Positions 18,284 to 26,896 of a DNA stretch of 64,000 bases are shown here, in pieces; position 1 is the stretch's first letter, and each line of letters begins with the position of its first letter. This DNA is from an uncultured delta proteobacterium. GTDB taxonomy: Bacteria > Myxococcota > UBA727 > VGSZ01. The notes beneath the pieces are model-generated. The model had not been told where the DNA came from. It did not search any database and saw only the letters and a program-made list of their open reading frames with translations. Both the position numbers and the translations under genes were made by a program. The stretch lies in assembly GCA_963775425.1 (NCBI GenBank), contig CAVZJB010000017.1, positions 256,001-320,000 on the forward strand, in the 5' to 3' direction.

Positions 18284-19827
18284 ACGGTCTTCGAACCTAC
18301 ACCAAACGAGCCTGGGCGGATACCGAGCCTGCGCAGGAGGCGTTCGACCTCGGCCCAGGCGCCCGTCTCCTTCTCCTCGTCGCTCGTGGCCCCGACGAAG
18401 CCCTCGAGGCGCTCGCGCAACGCGCGCTCGCCCGGAGTCAACACGCCGTCGTAGCGCCGATCACCGAGGTGCGCCGTGGCCGCCGCCGCCTGCTGCGCCA
18501 TGCGATCGAGGAAGATGTCCACGAGGCGCGCCTGCTCCGCGAGGGAGCCGGCGAACGTGATCCAATCGAGGTCGCCGCCCCACAGCTCCTCGGCCAGCGG
18601 GTTCGGCTCGACGACGAGCGTGGTGCCGAACTTGCCGGGCCCGATGGACTGGCGCACGGCGTGGGCGATGCGGTGGAAGTTGTCGTCGGTAAAGGAGAAG
18701 CCGACGAAGAGCATGTGCCGTGTGAGCAGCAGCGCCTGCACGATGCCGGCGAGCGCGGTGCGGTTCTCCTGGAACTTCAGGTAGTCCTCGCGCGTGAGCA
18801 CGATGGTCTCGGGCTTGGTCACGCTGCCGTGCATCTTCAACAACCAGCGCTGCCCGCGCGCGACCTCGCCGCCCGGCAGCACCGTCACCGGGCGCTCCAC
18901 GGCGAGCGACGCCCGCTCGAAGAGGTCGTCGTAGTTGGTGGTGATGACCTCGTCGACGGGCAGGCTCGCGAGGAGCCCGTGGCCGAGCGCGTGGCGCCGC
19001 GCCCGCTCCCGCAGGAGCGCGGCGACGACCGCGCCGAGCGGCTCCTGATCGTGCAGCCGGCGTTGAATCACGGCGGCGCGATCGAGCTCGCCGAGCTGGG
19101 CGAGCGCCGCCTTGGTGGCCGCGTCGTCGACGCCGGCGCGCTCCTCGGCGAGGTCTTCGAGCATCGTGGTCCACGACGGCAGCCCGGCCCCCTGGCTGAC
19201 ACCCGCGCCGAGGAAGACGACGAGGTCGCCGCTCCTGGCCTTGCTCGCGAGGGCGTCGGCGGCGGCGAGCTGCCCGGGCGACAGCGTCGCCCACGTCTCG
19301 ATGGCGGCGCGCTCGTGTTGCGCCGCCGCCCACGCGGGGCCGTCGCGCAGCACGAGGGCGACGTCGACGTCTGCGGCCTCCGCCTCCTCGTGCAGCGCCG
19401 GCAGGAGCAGCCGCACCACCTCGCCCGAGAGCCGGGCGCCGCCGCCGCCGCCGGTGCCCGCGAGCGGCAGCGCGAGCAGGTGCTTGTGGCGGCCGAACAG
19501 CGGCGCGCGCTTCTTGTCGCGGAGCACGCGCGCCGCGAGCTGAACGAAGTGACGCGCGCCTTCGACGTACCAGGGGGGGCCGTCGCGTTTTGTGCCGATG
19601 ACGTCGGTGAGAAACGGCAGGGGCTCCGTGGGGGAGACCTCGGCGAGCAGCCGCGCTCGCGGCCGGCCCTCGTCGGACCAGCCGGCGGGCAATTCCAGCC
19701 AGGCCTCCTGCGGCGGGAGCGCGGTGCGCCAGCTCTCTCCCGGCGAGCGTTCGCTGCCCGGGACGAGCCACGCGTCGCACGTGAGCTGCATCAAGTCGCC
19801 GCGGAGCACGAACACGTGGGAGCGCAT
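18280..19827 (-). CDS. Macro-like domain fused to SIR2 (SIR2_2-type) domain
   Basis: N-terminal VLRGDLMQLTCDAWLVP and LPLAGTGGGG (macrodomain-like); C-terminal FLGAGVS-GLPSW, TTNYD, KMHGS, FVGFSFTD. Confidence 0.85.
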   Translation of the reverse strand: MRSHVFVLRGDLMQLTCDAWLVPGSERSPGESWRTALPPQEAWLELPAGWSDEGRPRARLLAEVSPTEPLPFLTDVIGTKRDGPPWYVEGARHFVQLAARVLRDKKRAPLFGRHKHLLALPLAGTGGGGGARLSGEVVRLLLPALHEEAEAADVDVALVLRDGPAWAAAQHERAAIETWATLSPGQLAAADALASKARSGDLVVFLGAGVSQGAGLPSWTTMLEDLAEERAGVDDAATKAALAQLGELDRAAVIQRRLHDQEPLGAVVAALLRERARRHALGHGLLASLPVDEVITTNYDDLFERASLAVERPVTVLPGGEVARGQRWLLKMHGSVTKPETIVLTREDYLKFQENRTALAGIVQALLLTRHMLFVGFSFTDDNFHRIAHAVRQSIGPGKFGTTLVVEPNPLAEELWGGDLDWITFAGSLAEQARLVDIFLDRMAQQAAAATAHLGDRRYDGVLTPGERALRERLEGFVGATSDEEKETGAWAEVERLLRRLGIRPGSFGVGSKTV

Positions 19828-19857
19828 GGCGACGGATCTACCGCGCCCGGGCCGCGC

Positions 19858-19900
19858 TTGACTTCAATGCATGGTGCATATATGTTCTATGCATATATGC
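19858..19900 (+). promoter_or_regulatory. Sigma-70-like promoter overlapped by repeated palindromic operator
   Basis: TTGACT (19858)-N17-TATGTT (19881); TGCATATATG at 19875-19884 and 19890-19899; perfect palindrome GCATATATGC at 19891-19900. Confidence 0.65.
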
Positions 19901-20601
19901 CGAGAGCATCAAAGTCCCTGAGCGCGTTCCCCCGGCCGTCGGTGGCCGTGGACGTGGTGGCGATGACCGTCGAGAGCGGCGCGCTCCACGTGGCGCTCTA
20001 CAAGCGCACGGAGCCGCCCCAGCGCGGGCACTACGCCCTGCCCGGCGGCTTCGTGCGCATCGACGAGTCGCTCGACGACGCCGCGGCCCGCTTGCTCGCG
20101 CAAAAGGCGGGGTTCACCGACGTCTTCCTCGAGCAGCTATACACGTTCGGCGACCTCCGCCGCGACCCGCGCGGCCGCGTCATCGCCGTCACCTACTACG
20201 CCCTCGTCGACGCCGCCCGCTTCCGGAACAAGACGTGCGTCGATGCGCGCGTGACGGTGCCTTGGCCGGGCGAGACCGGCGGCCCCGTCGACGTCGTCGG
20301 CGACGACGGCGCGCCGCTGCAGCTCGCGTTCGATCACGCGGACATCCTCGGCCTCGCGGTCAAGCGGCTGCGCGGCAAGCTCGACTACTCGCCCGTCGGC
20401 TTCCAGCTCCTGCCCGCGGAGTTCACGCTCCGCCAGCTTCAGGAGATCCACGAGGCCGTCCGCGGTGACGAGCTCAACAAGGACTCGTTTCGGCGGCGCA
20501 TGTTGACCTCGGGTGTGCTCGAGGCCACGGGCGCGCGCGAGCGCGACGTGCTGCACCGGCCCGCCGAGCTCTATCGGTTCGTGCGGAGGAGCGCCGTGTA
20601 G
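19897..20601 (+). CDS. nrtR: NrtR-family regulator (degenerate Nudix + winged HTH)
   Basis: PSVAVDVV; LPGGFV..ESLDDAAARLLAQKAG with the Nudix glutamates lost; EQLYTFG..RDPRGR, LAFDH, FTLRQLQ, FRRR, RPAELY. Confidence 0.9.
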   Translation: MPRASKSLSAFPRPSVAVDVVAMTVESGALHVALYKRTEPPQRGHYALPGGFVRIDESLDDAAARLLAQKAGFTDVFLEQLYTFGDLRRDPRGRVIAVTYYALVDAARFRNKTCVDARVTVPWPGETGGPVDVVGDDGAPLQLAFDHADILGLAVKRLRGKLDYSPVGFQLLPAEFTLRQLQEIHEAVRGDELNKDSFRRRMLTSGVLEATGARERDVLHRPAELYRFVRRSAV

Positions 20602-20691
20602 GAGGGAGCGATGGGAACAAGACAGCAGCCGATGACAACAAAACGCATCGAGCCGGCCCTGGTGCCGGCGAGGACGGGAGGGAGGAACACC

Positions 20692-21714
20692 ATGGCGGAG
20701 ATCAGGTCCTTCGTTTTCGTGCGCCACCTGCGGGCCGAGCCCACCACGCACGTGTTGTTCTTCCGCGGCGGCGCGCTGCGCGCGAGCGGCCGCGGGCTCG
20801 CTTTGTGGTTCTCGCCGCTCGGGGCGTCCATCGCGCAGGTCCCCCTCGATGACCGCGAGCTCCCGTTCCTGTTTTCGGGGCGGTCGGCGGACTTCCAGGA
20901 CGTCGTGGTGAACGGCGTCGTGACCTTCCGGGTGAGGGACCCGGAGCTCCTCGCGTCGCGCGTGGACTTCTCCATCGACACGCGCACGGGCCTCTTCAAC
21001 AAGGAGCCGCTCGACAAGCTGGCGCTCGTCGTCAAGGAGCTGTCGCAGCAGCTCGCGTCGTCCTTCCTGAACCGAACGCCGCTCAAGACCATCCTCGACC
21101 AGGGCATCGAGGTCATCCGCGACGCCATCCACGTGGGCCTGGTCACCGACGAGGGCGTCGGCGCGCTCGGCCTCGAGATCGTGTCCACGCGCATCTCGTC
21201 GGTGAAGCCCACGAGCGAGATGGAGAAGGCGCTGCAGATGCCGACGCGCGAGCGGATCCAACAGGCGGCCGACGAGGCGACCTTCGGGCGGCGGGCGCTG
21301 GCGGTGGACAAGGAGCGCGCCATCCAGGAAAACGAGCTGTCGAACCAGATCGAGCTCGCGCGCCGCGAGGAGCAGCTCATCGCGCAGCGCGGACAAAACG
21401 AGAGGAAGCGCGCCACCGAGACGGCCGAGTCCAAGCGCATCGAGGTCGAAGCGGCGGCGCACAACGTGAAGCTGAACGCGGCGGCGCAGGCGGAGAGCAT
21501 CAAGGTGCTCGAGGACGCCAAGGTCGTCGCCGAGCGCGAGCGCATGGACATCTACCGCGACCTGCCGCCCGCGGCGCTCATGGGCCTCGCCGCCCGCGAG
21601 CTCGCCGGCAAGCTGCACAACATCGAGCACCTGAGCCTCACCCCCGACATCCTCGGCTCGCTCCTGCAGCGCGTGCTCGGCGCCGGTGCGGACAAGCTCG
21701 AGCGCGACGCGTAG
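20692..21714 (+). CDS. SPFH/band-7 domain protein (NrtX-like)
   Basis: GGAGG RBS; SADFQDVVVNG, DFSID, C-terminal coiled coil, IEHLSLTPD; lies between nrtR and an NADK-like gene. Confidence 0.85.
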   Translation: MAEIRSFVFVRHLRAEPTTHVLFFRGGALRASGRGLALWFSPLGASIAQVPLDDRELPFLFSGRSADFQDVVVNGVVTFRVRDPELLASRVDFSIDTRTGLFNKEPLDKLALVVKELSQQLASSFLNRTPLKTILDQGIEVIRDAIHVGLVTDEGVGALGLEIVSTRISSVKPTSEMEKALQMPTRERIQQAADEATFGRRALAVDKERAIQENELSNQIELARREEQLIAQRGQNERKRATETAESKRIEVEAAAHNVKLNAAAQAESIKVLEDAKVVAERERMDIYRDLPPAALMGLAARELAGKLHNIEHLSLTPDILGSLLQRVLGAGADKLERDA

Positions 21715-21733
21715 GGCGGGGGCTTGCCCCCCG

Positions 21734-21769
21734 TCGACAAGAGCCCGCCTCGACAAGAGCCCGCCTCGA
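21734..21769. repeat. 16-bp direct repeat x2 (TCGACAAGAGCCCGCC) preceded by a GC hairpin
   Basis: Units at 21734-21749 and 21750-21765; hairpin GGCGGGGG/CCCCCGTC at about 21715-21735. Confidence 0.8.
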
Positions 21770-21781
21770 GAGGAGCACGCG

Positions 21782-22681
21782 ATGTCCAGGTCCCTTCCGC
21801 CGAGAGCCGTCGTCGTCACCAGGCCCACCGAGCTCGAGGCGCTCCTGCTCCACCACGGCACGCGCGAGCAGGCGCGCTTCTTCCTCGAGACGCGCGGGCG
21901 CAAGCTCGACGAGGTCGTCGACCGCCACGAGACCCAGGAGCGGGCCCTTCACGCGGTGGCGGCGCAGGTCCCCATGGCGTGGCGGCGGGCCAAGGTGTCC
22001 CGCGCCGAGCTCGATCGCTTCCTGTTCGAGCCGGAGGACGTCGTCATCGCCGTGGGCCAGGACGGGCTCGTCGCCAACGTCGCCAAGTACCTCGACGGGC
22101 AGGTCGTCGTCGGCGTCAACCCGTCGACGTCGCTGTACGACGGCGTCCTCGTGCGCCACCCGCCCCCCGCCGTCGCGGACCTGCTCGCCATGAACGCGCG
22201 CGGCGCCCTGGCCGTCGAGGAGCGCTCCATGGTGCGGGCGAGCACGGCGGACGGTTCGAGCCTGGTGGCGCTCAACGAGATCTACGTCGGTCACCGCACA
22301 CACCAGAGCTCGCGCTACACCCTCGCCGTCGCCGGCCGGGCCGAGCGCCACTCGTCGTCGGGGCTCATCGTGTGCAGCGGCACGGGCGCCACCGGCTGGG
22401 CGAAGAGCGTGTCGCTGCGGCGCCAGGGCTGCCCTGCCCTGCCCGAGGCAACGTCGACCACGCTCGCGTTCCTCGTGCGCGAGGCGTGGCCGAGCGTCGC
22501 CACCGGCGCCGAGCTCGTGCACGGCCTGCTGAAGCAAAGCGACGAGATCATCGTCACATCGGAGATGAACGAGGACGGCGTGGCCTTCGGGGACGGCATC
22601 GAGGACGACAACCTCGCGCTGCCCTACGGCCAGGTCGTCACCCTGCGGCGCGCCGAGCAGGCGCTGAGGTTGGCGGCATGA
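21782..22681 (+). CDS. Divergent ATP-NAD kinase-like protein (NrtY-like)
   Basis: VGQDGLVANVAKY (GGDG variant), GVNP, ALNEIYVG, SSGLIVCSGTGATGW. Confidence 0.82.
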   Translation: MSRSLPPRAVVVTRPTELEALLLHHGTREQARFFLETRGRKLDEVVDRHETQERALHAVAAQVPMAWRRAKVSRAELDRFLFEPEDVVIAVGQDGLVANVAKYLDGQVVVGVNPSTSLYDGVLVRHPPPAVADLLAMNARGALAVEERSMVRASTADGSSLVALNEIYVGHRTHQSSRYTLAVAGRAERHSSSGLIVCSGTGATGWAKSVSLRRQGCPALPEATSTTLAFLVREAWPSVATGAELVHGLLKQSDEIIVTSEMNEDGVAFGDGIEDDNLALPYGQVVTLRRAEQALRLAA

Positions 22682-23292
22682 GCACGAGAGTCCACAGCCC
22701 CCTCGAGGAGCGCGCCGACGAAGAGGGGCTCGGTCTGTTCCGCATCCCCTTCGTGCGCATCGTCGACGACGTGCTCAGCGCCGCCGAGTGCCGCGCGCTC
22801 GTCGAGCGCGTCGAGTCGATGGGCATGGACGTGGCCACCATCAATCGCGGCAACGGGAAGACCGAGCTCAACACCCGCTACCGTGACAACGACCGCGCCA
22901 TCTTCGACGACGTCGACCTCGCCGCGGACCTCCATCGCCGCCTCGCCTGCGCCATCCCGGAGACGTGGAGCGGTGGCGCCCGCGCCGTGGGGTTGAACGA
23001 GCGCTTTCGCGCCTACCGCTACGGCCCCGGCCAGCGCTTCCTCCCGCACTTCGACGGCTGCTTCCGCCGCGACGAGCGCGAGGCCAGCGAGATCACGGTG
23101 CTCGTGTACCTGAACGACGCCGTCGCTGGCGGCGCTACCCGGCTGTGCGACTTCGGCTTCGACGTCGTCCCCAAGCGCGGCATGGCCCTGCTCTTCCAGC
23201 ACATCGTGCTGCACGAGGGCCTGCCCGTCACCGCGGGCAACAAGTACGTCCTGCGCAGCGACGTCATGTACCGCTCCGCGCGCCCCGGTTGA
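22678..23292 (+). CDS. 2OG-Fe(II) oxygenase (prolyl-4-hydroxylase-like)
   Basis: LSAAEC, GLNERFR-YRY, HFD, LVYLN..GGAT, HEG, KYVLRSDVMY. Confidence 0.9.
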   Translation: MSTRVHSPLEERADEEGLGLFRIPFVRIVDDVLSAAECRALVERVESMGMDVATINRGNGKTELNTRYRDNDRAIFDDVDLAADLHRRLACAIPETWSGGARAVGLNERFRAYRYGPGQRFLPHFDGCFRRDEREASEITVLVYLNDAVAGGATRLCDFGFDVVPKRGMALLFQHIVLHEGLPVTAGNKYVLRSDVMYRSARPG

Positions 23293-23314
23293 CGCTCGCG
23301 GGAAAGCGAGGGCG

Positions 23315-23384
23315 CCATTGCCGGCGCCCCATTGCCGGGGCCCCATTGCCGGCGCGCCATTGCCGGCGCGCCATTGCGGACGCG
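23315..23384. repeat. Intergenic tandem repeat, 5 x 14 bp (CCATTGCCGGCGCS)
   Basis: Units start at 23315, 23329, 23343, 23357 and 23371; no spacers. Confidence 0.9.
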
Positions 23385-23426
23385 CCTGTCGACGGCGCCC
23401 GGGCATCGCGTGTACGGTCCGCGCCC

Positions 23427-24362
23427 ATGCGCCTCGCCGTCGTCGTCGATCGCCTCTGCCCCGCCTTGGCGTGCGCGCTCCTGGCCGGCTGCCTCGCGCT
23501 CGCCGGCTGCCCCTCTTTGCAGAGCTTCTATCGCGCCCGCGACGACGTCGGCGCCAGCATCGACGTCGCGTACGTCAACGACGGCCTGCACAAGCACCGG
23601 CTCGACGTCTACCACCCGCGCGACGCAGACAAGCCGTGGCCCGTGGTGGTGTTCGTCCACGGCGGCTTCTGGCGCGGCGGCGACAAGACCTACTGGCAGG
23701 CCATCACCGGGCTCTATGGAAACGTCGGCGTCGCGCTCGGTGAGCTCGGCGTCGGCGGCGTCGTCACCAACTACCGCTTGTGGCCGGGCGCCACGCTCGA
23801 GGAGATGCTCGACGACGTCACCGGCGCCCTCCTGTGGACGCACGCGCACATCCGCGAGATGGGCGGCGACCCCGACCGCATCTACCTGGCCGGCCACTCC
23901 GCCGGCGCCCACCTCGCGGCGCTGCTGGGCGCGGACCCGAGCCTCTTGCGCGCGCGCGGCTTCGATCCCGCGTGGCTGAAGGGGGTGGTCGCCGTGAGCG
24001 GCATCTACGACATCCCGGCGGCGCTGCCGCTCGTCGAGCCCGAGCTGCGCGACGGCGTGTTCACGGGGCTGTTCGGGCGGGAGCTGGCCGGCCAGAGGAA
24101 GGCCTCGCCGATGTTCCACTTCGGCGCGCACATGGCCCCCACGTTCTTCCTCGCGGGCGAAGAAGATTACCCGTCGGTGACGCACGACTTCCTCGAGGCG
24201 CAAAAGCAGCTCGCGCCCCTCGTCGGCGATCGCGCGTACTTCGAGCTGGTGCCGGGCAACACCCATGAGGAGATGGTGCTCGAGATCGGCACGGCCGACG
24301 ACGAGGTCGCCCCCGCCATCGCCGCGTTCGTGCGGGCGATGGACGCCCGCCGCGCGCGCTGA
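23427..24362 (+). CDS. Alpha/beta hydrolase (HSL-like esterase/lipase), probable lipoprotein
   Basis: HGGFW oxyanion motif, GHSAG nucleophile, late His (NTHEEM); N-terminal LAGC. Confidence 0.9.
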   Translation: MRLAVVVDRLCPALACALLAGCLALAGCPSLQSFYRARDDVGASIDVAYVNDGLHKHRLDVYHPRDADKPWPVVVFVHGGFWRGGDKTYWQAITGLYGNVGVALGELGVGGVVTNYRLWPGATLEEMLDDVTGALLWTHAHIREMGGDPDRIYLAGHSAGAHLAALLGADPSLLRARGFDPAWLKGVVAVSGIYDIPAALPLVEPELRDGVFTGLFGRELAGQRKASPMFHFGAHMAPTFFLAGEEDYPSVTHDFLEAQKQLAPLVGDRAYFELVPGNTHEEMVLEIGTADDEVAPAIAAFVRAMDARRAR

Positions 24363-24398
24363 GCCGCGATCAGCGCGGCCGCTCCCTCCGGTCGCTGA

Positions 24399-24665
24399 TC
24401 AGCCTTCGGGGACGAAGTCCGGGGGCAGCTTGCTTCCGTCGCCGAAGAAGAACTGCTCCATCTGCTGCTTGAGGATTTGCCGCGACGACTTGTCGGAGAG
24501 GTCGATGCGGTATTCGTTCATCAGCATCTTTTGATGCTCGAGCCACATGCCCCACGCCTCTTCGCTCACGTTCTCGAAGATGCGCTTGCCGAGCTCACCG
24601 GGGAGCGGCGCCTTCTCGAGGCCAGGGGCGTCCTTGTCGAGCTTCACGCAGTGAACGGTTCGCAT
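24399..24665 (-). CDS. yggX: Fe(II)-trafficking/oxidative damage protection protein
   Basis: [37 protein letters not shown]. Confidence 0.95.
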   Translation of the reverse strand: MRTVHCVKLDKDAPGLEKAPLPGELGKRIFENVSEEAWGMWLEHQKMLMNEYRIDLSDKSSRQILKQQMEQFFFGDGSKLPPDFVPEG

Positions 24666-24827
24666 GGGGTGGATGTAGTGCGTCCGCGCGAAATCGCAAC
24701 CGAGTGTCGCGGTCTTGTAGGCGGCGGCGCGGGCGCGCGTATCGGTTCTTCGGCCGGGGCTCGGATGATCCCCCGTCCGTTGTTGGACGACGTCACGACC
24801 CGCCACGGCGCTCGCTAGCGTAACCAC

Positions 24828-26864
24828 ATGCTCGCACCGCTCCTCGCAATCGCCCTCGCCGCCGCGTCGCCGTCGCCCGTCGCCCGCGCCCCCGGAGGGG
24901 CAGGCCCGTCGCGCGTCGTCCCCGGACGCGCGCTTTTGAAGCTGAAGGGCATCGACGGCCACCGCCTCGCGCTGCCCCGCGCGAGCGACACGGCGGCGCG
25001 CGAGGCGCTCCCGAAGCTCGCCGGGCGCCACGACGTGACGCTCTCCCTGGTGAGGCCGGTGGTGCTCGGCTGGGCGCTCGTCGAGATCAGGGACGCCGCG
25101 TGGCCCAAGCGCATCCCCGGCGAGGCCGAGACCGAGGCGCTCGTCGCGCGCCTGCAGGGAGACGACGCGCTCGACGCGGTGAGCCCCGAGCATTGGTGGC
25201 GCAAGCTCGCGGTGCCGAACGACCCGGGCATCGGGCAGATGTGGCACTTCGACGCCATCGGCGCCGAGCGGGCCTGGGACGTGACGACCGGGACGGCGTC
25301 GCAGCGCGTGGGCATCGCGGACACCGGGCTGCTGTTGTCGCACGAGGACGTCGGCGACCGCGCCGTCGCCGGCTTCGACTTCGTCAGCGACGCGTTGTCT
25401 TCCAACGACGGCGATGGCCGCGACGGCGACTTCAATGACCCCGGCGACTCCTGCCAGGGCGAGCCGTCGTCGTTCCACGGCACGCACGTCGCCGGCACCA
25501 TCGGCGCGCGCGCGAACAACGGCCGCGGCGTCGCCGGCCTCAACTGGAACGCGGGCCTCGTCGTCGCGCGCGTGCTCGGCCGCTGCGGCGGCTCCGACGT
25601 CGACATCATGGAGGGCGCGGCCTGGCTCGCCGGTGCCCAGATCGACGGCGCGCCGGCCATCGGGGCGGACCGCGTGAGCGTGATGAACCTGTCGCTCGGC
25701 GGCGAGAGCGCGTGCTCGTCGTTCGACCAGCAGGTGATCGACTTCATCAACCAACAGGGCGTGGTGTTCGTCGCCGCGGCAGGCAACGACGGCGGCGCCG
25801 TCGGCAGCCCCGCCAACTGCGGCGGCGCGGTGGCGGTGGCCGCGTTCGGGCCCGACGAGAGCATCGCGGGCTACTCGTCCTTCGGCAGCGAGGTGCAGAT
25901 CGTGGCGCCGGGCGGCGACGAGCGCTTCGGCGTCGGCGGCGGCGTGTTGTCGTCCATCGGACCGCAGGCGGGGGGCTACGCGTTCCTCGAGGGCACGAGC
26001 ATGGCGGCGCCCCACGTGACGGGTGCCGTCTCCCTGCTGCAGTCGATCGCGCCGGGATTGTCGCGGGCGCAGATCGTGTCGGCGCTTCAGGCCGGCGGGC
26101 AGTCCTGCAGCGGCTGCGGCGGCGTGGCCATGCTGAACATCCCCGCTGCGCTGGCCGCGGTGGGCGGCGCGCCGCCGCAGACGCAGCCGCCGCAGACGCA
26201 GCCGCCGCAGACGCAGCCGCCGCCGGTGCAGGACGACGCGTTCGAGGAAAACGACGACCTCGGCCACGCCACCATCGCCGGCTGCGGCGTCGACGACGAC
26301 TCGCTCGTCGCCGCGCCCGCCGACCTCGACGTGTTCACGTTTGTTCCTCCCGCCGGCGGCAGCATCGCCGTGTCCATCCACGCCGACAACGGCGCCGACC
26401 TCGACCTCTACGTCACGGACACGCAGGGGAACATCCTGGCGCGCAGCGAGTCGTCGACGGGCGACGAGCGCATCGCGGGGACGACGAGCGGGCGGCGCCT
26501 CGGCGTCGTGGTGAGCCCGTACGTCGACCCGGGCACGGGCGTGCAGAACACCGGGCCCTATCGCCTGACGATCGCCTGCGGGCAGGCGGCGCAGGCGCAG
26601 TCGAACGACGACTTCGTCCCCGGCGACGTCGACGTCGACGACTCCGGCGGCGCGTCCCTGGGGGACGCCGGCGGCGACACGTCCGGCGACCCCGCGGGCG
26701 CCGACGGCGCGCACTTCCCCGGCGCGCCGGCGCCGGCGAACGACGCGCTCACGCGCCCGCACGCCGACGGAGGCTGCGCGGCCGCGGGCACCGAGCCGGC
26801 GGCGGTGGGCGCGCTCGCGCTATTGCTCGTGGCGCTCGCGCGGCGACGCACCCGGGGCGCTTGA
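24828..26864 (+). CDS. S8 subtilase with PPC-like domain and MYXO-CTERM-like tail
   Basis: ADTG, HGTHVAG, AAGN, GTSMAAP; (QTQPP)x3 linker; GGC..TM..RRR C-terminus. Confidence 0.93.
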   Translation: MLAPLLAIALAAASPSPVARAPGGAGPSRVVPGRALLKLKGIDGHRLALPRASDTAAREALPKLAGRHDVTLSLVRPVVLGWALVEIRDAAWPKRIPGEAETEALVARLQGDDALDAVSPEHWWRKLAVPNDPGIGQMWHFDAIGAERAWDVTTGTASQRVGIADTGLLLSHEDVGDRAVAGFDFVSDALSSNDGDGRDGDFNDPGDSCQGEPSSFHGTHVAGTIGARANNGRGVAGLNWNAGLVVARVLGRCGGSDVDIMEGAAWLAGAQIDGAPAIGADRVSVMNLSLGGESACSSFDQQVIDFINQQGVVFVAAAGNDGGAVGSPANCGGAVAVAAFGPDESIAGYSSFGSEVQIVAPGGDERFGVGGGVLSSIGPQAGGYAFLEGTSMAAPHVTGAVSLLQSIAPGLSRAQIVSALQAGGQSCSGCGGVAMLNIPAALAAVGGAPPQTQPPQTQPPQTQPPPVQDDAFEENDDLGHATIAGCGVDDDSLVAAPADLDVFTFVPPAGGSIAVSIHADNGADLDLYVTDTQGNILARSESSTGDERIAGTTSGRRLGVVVSPYVDPGTGVQNTGPYRLTIACGQAAQAQSNDDFVPGDVDVDDSGGASLGDAGGDTSGDPAGADGAHFPGAPAPANDALTRPHADGGCAAAGTEPAAVGALALLLVALARRRTRGA

Positions 26865-26896
26865 CCCCCGAGGAGGCCGCCGGGATAGTCCGGCGC

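Noticed and set aside
18280-19827. Canonical Thoeris system or classical CobB deacylase
   Set aside because: No TIR (ThsB) gene or SLOG domain; lacks the CobB TQNID motif and Zn-binding cysteines
18469-19896. N-terminal extensions of track ORFs (NrtR 710 aa, AsmA 1557 aa, UvrD 1689 aa, YggX 787 aa) read as fusions
   Set aside because: The extensions overlap neighbouring real genes and are low-information; internal starts with an RBS or coupled stop/start explain the true genes
23315-23384. Possible CRISPR array
   Set aside because: Contiguous 14-bp units with no spacers, and no cas genes
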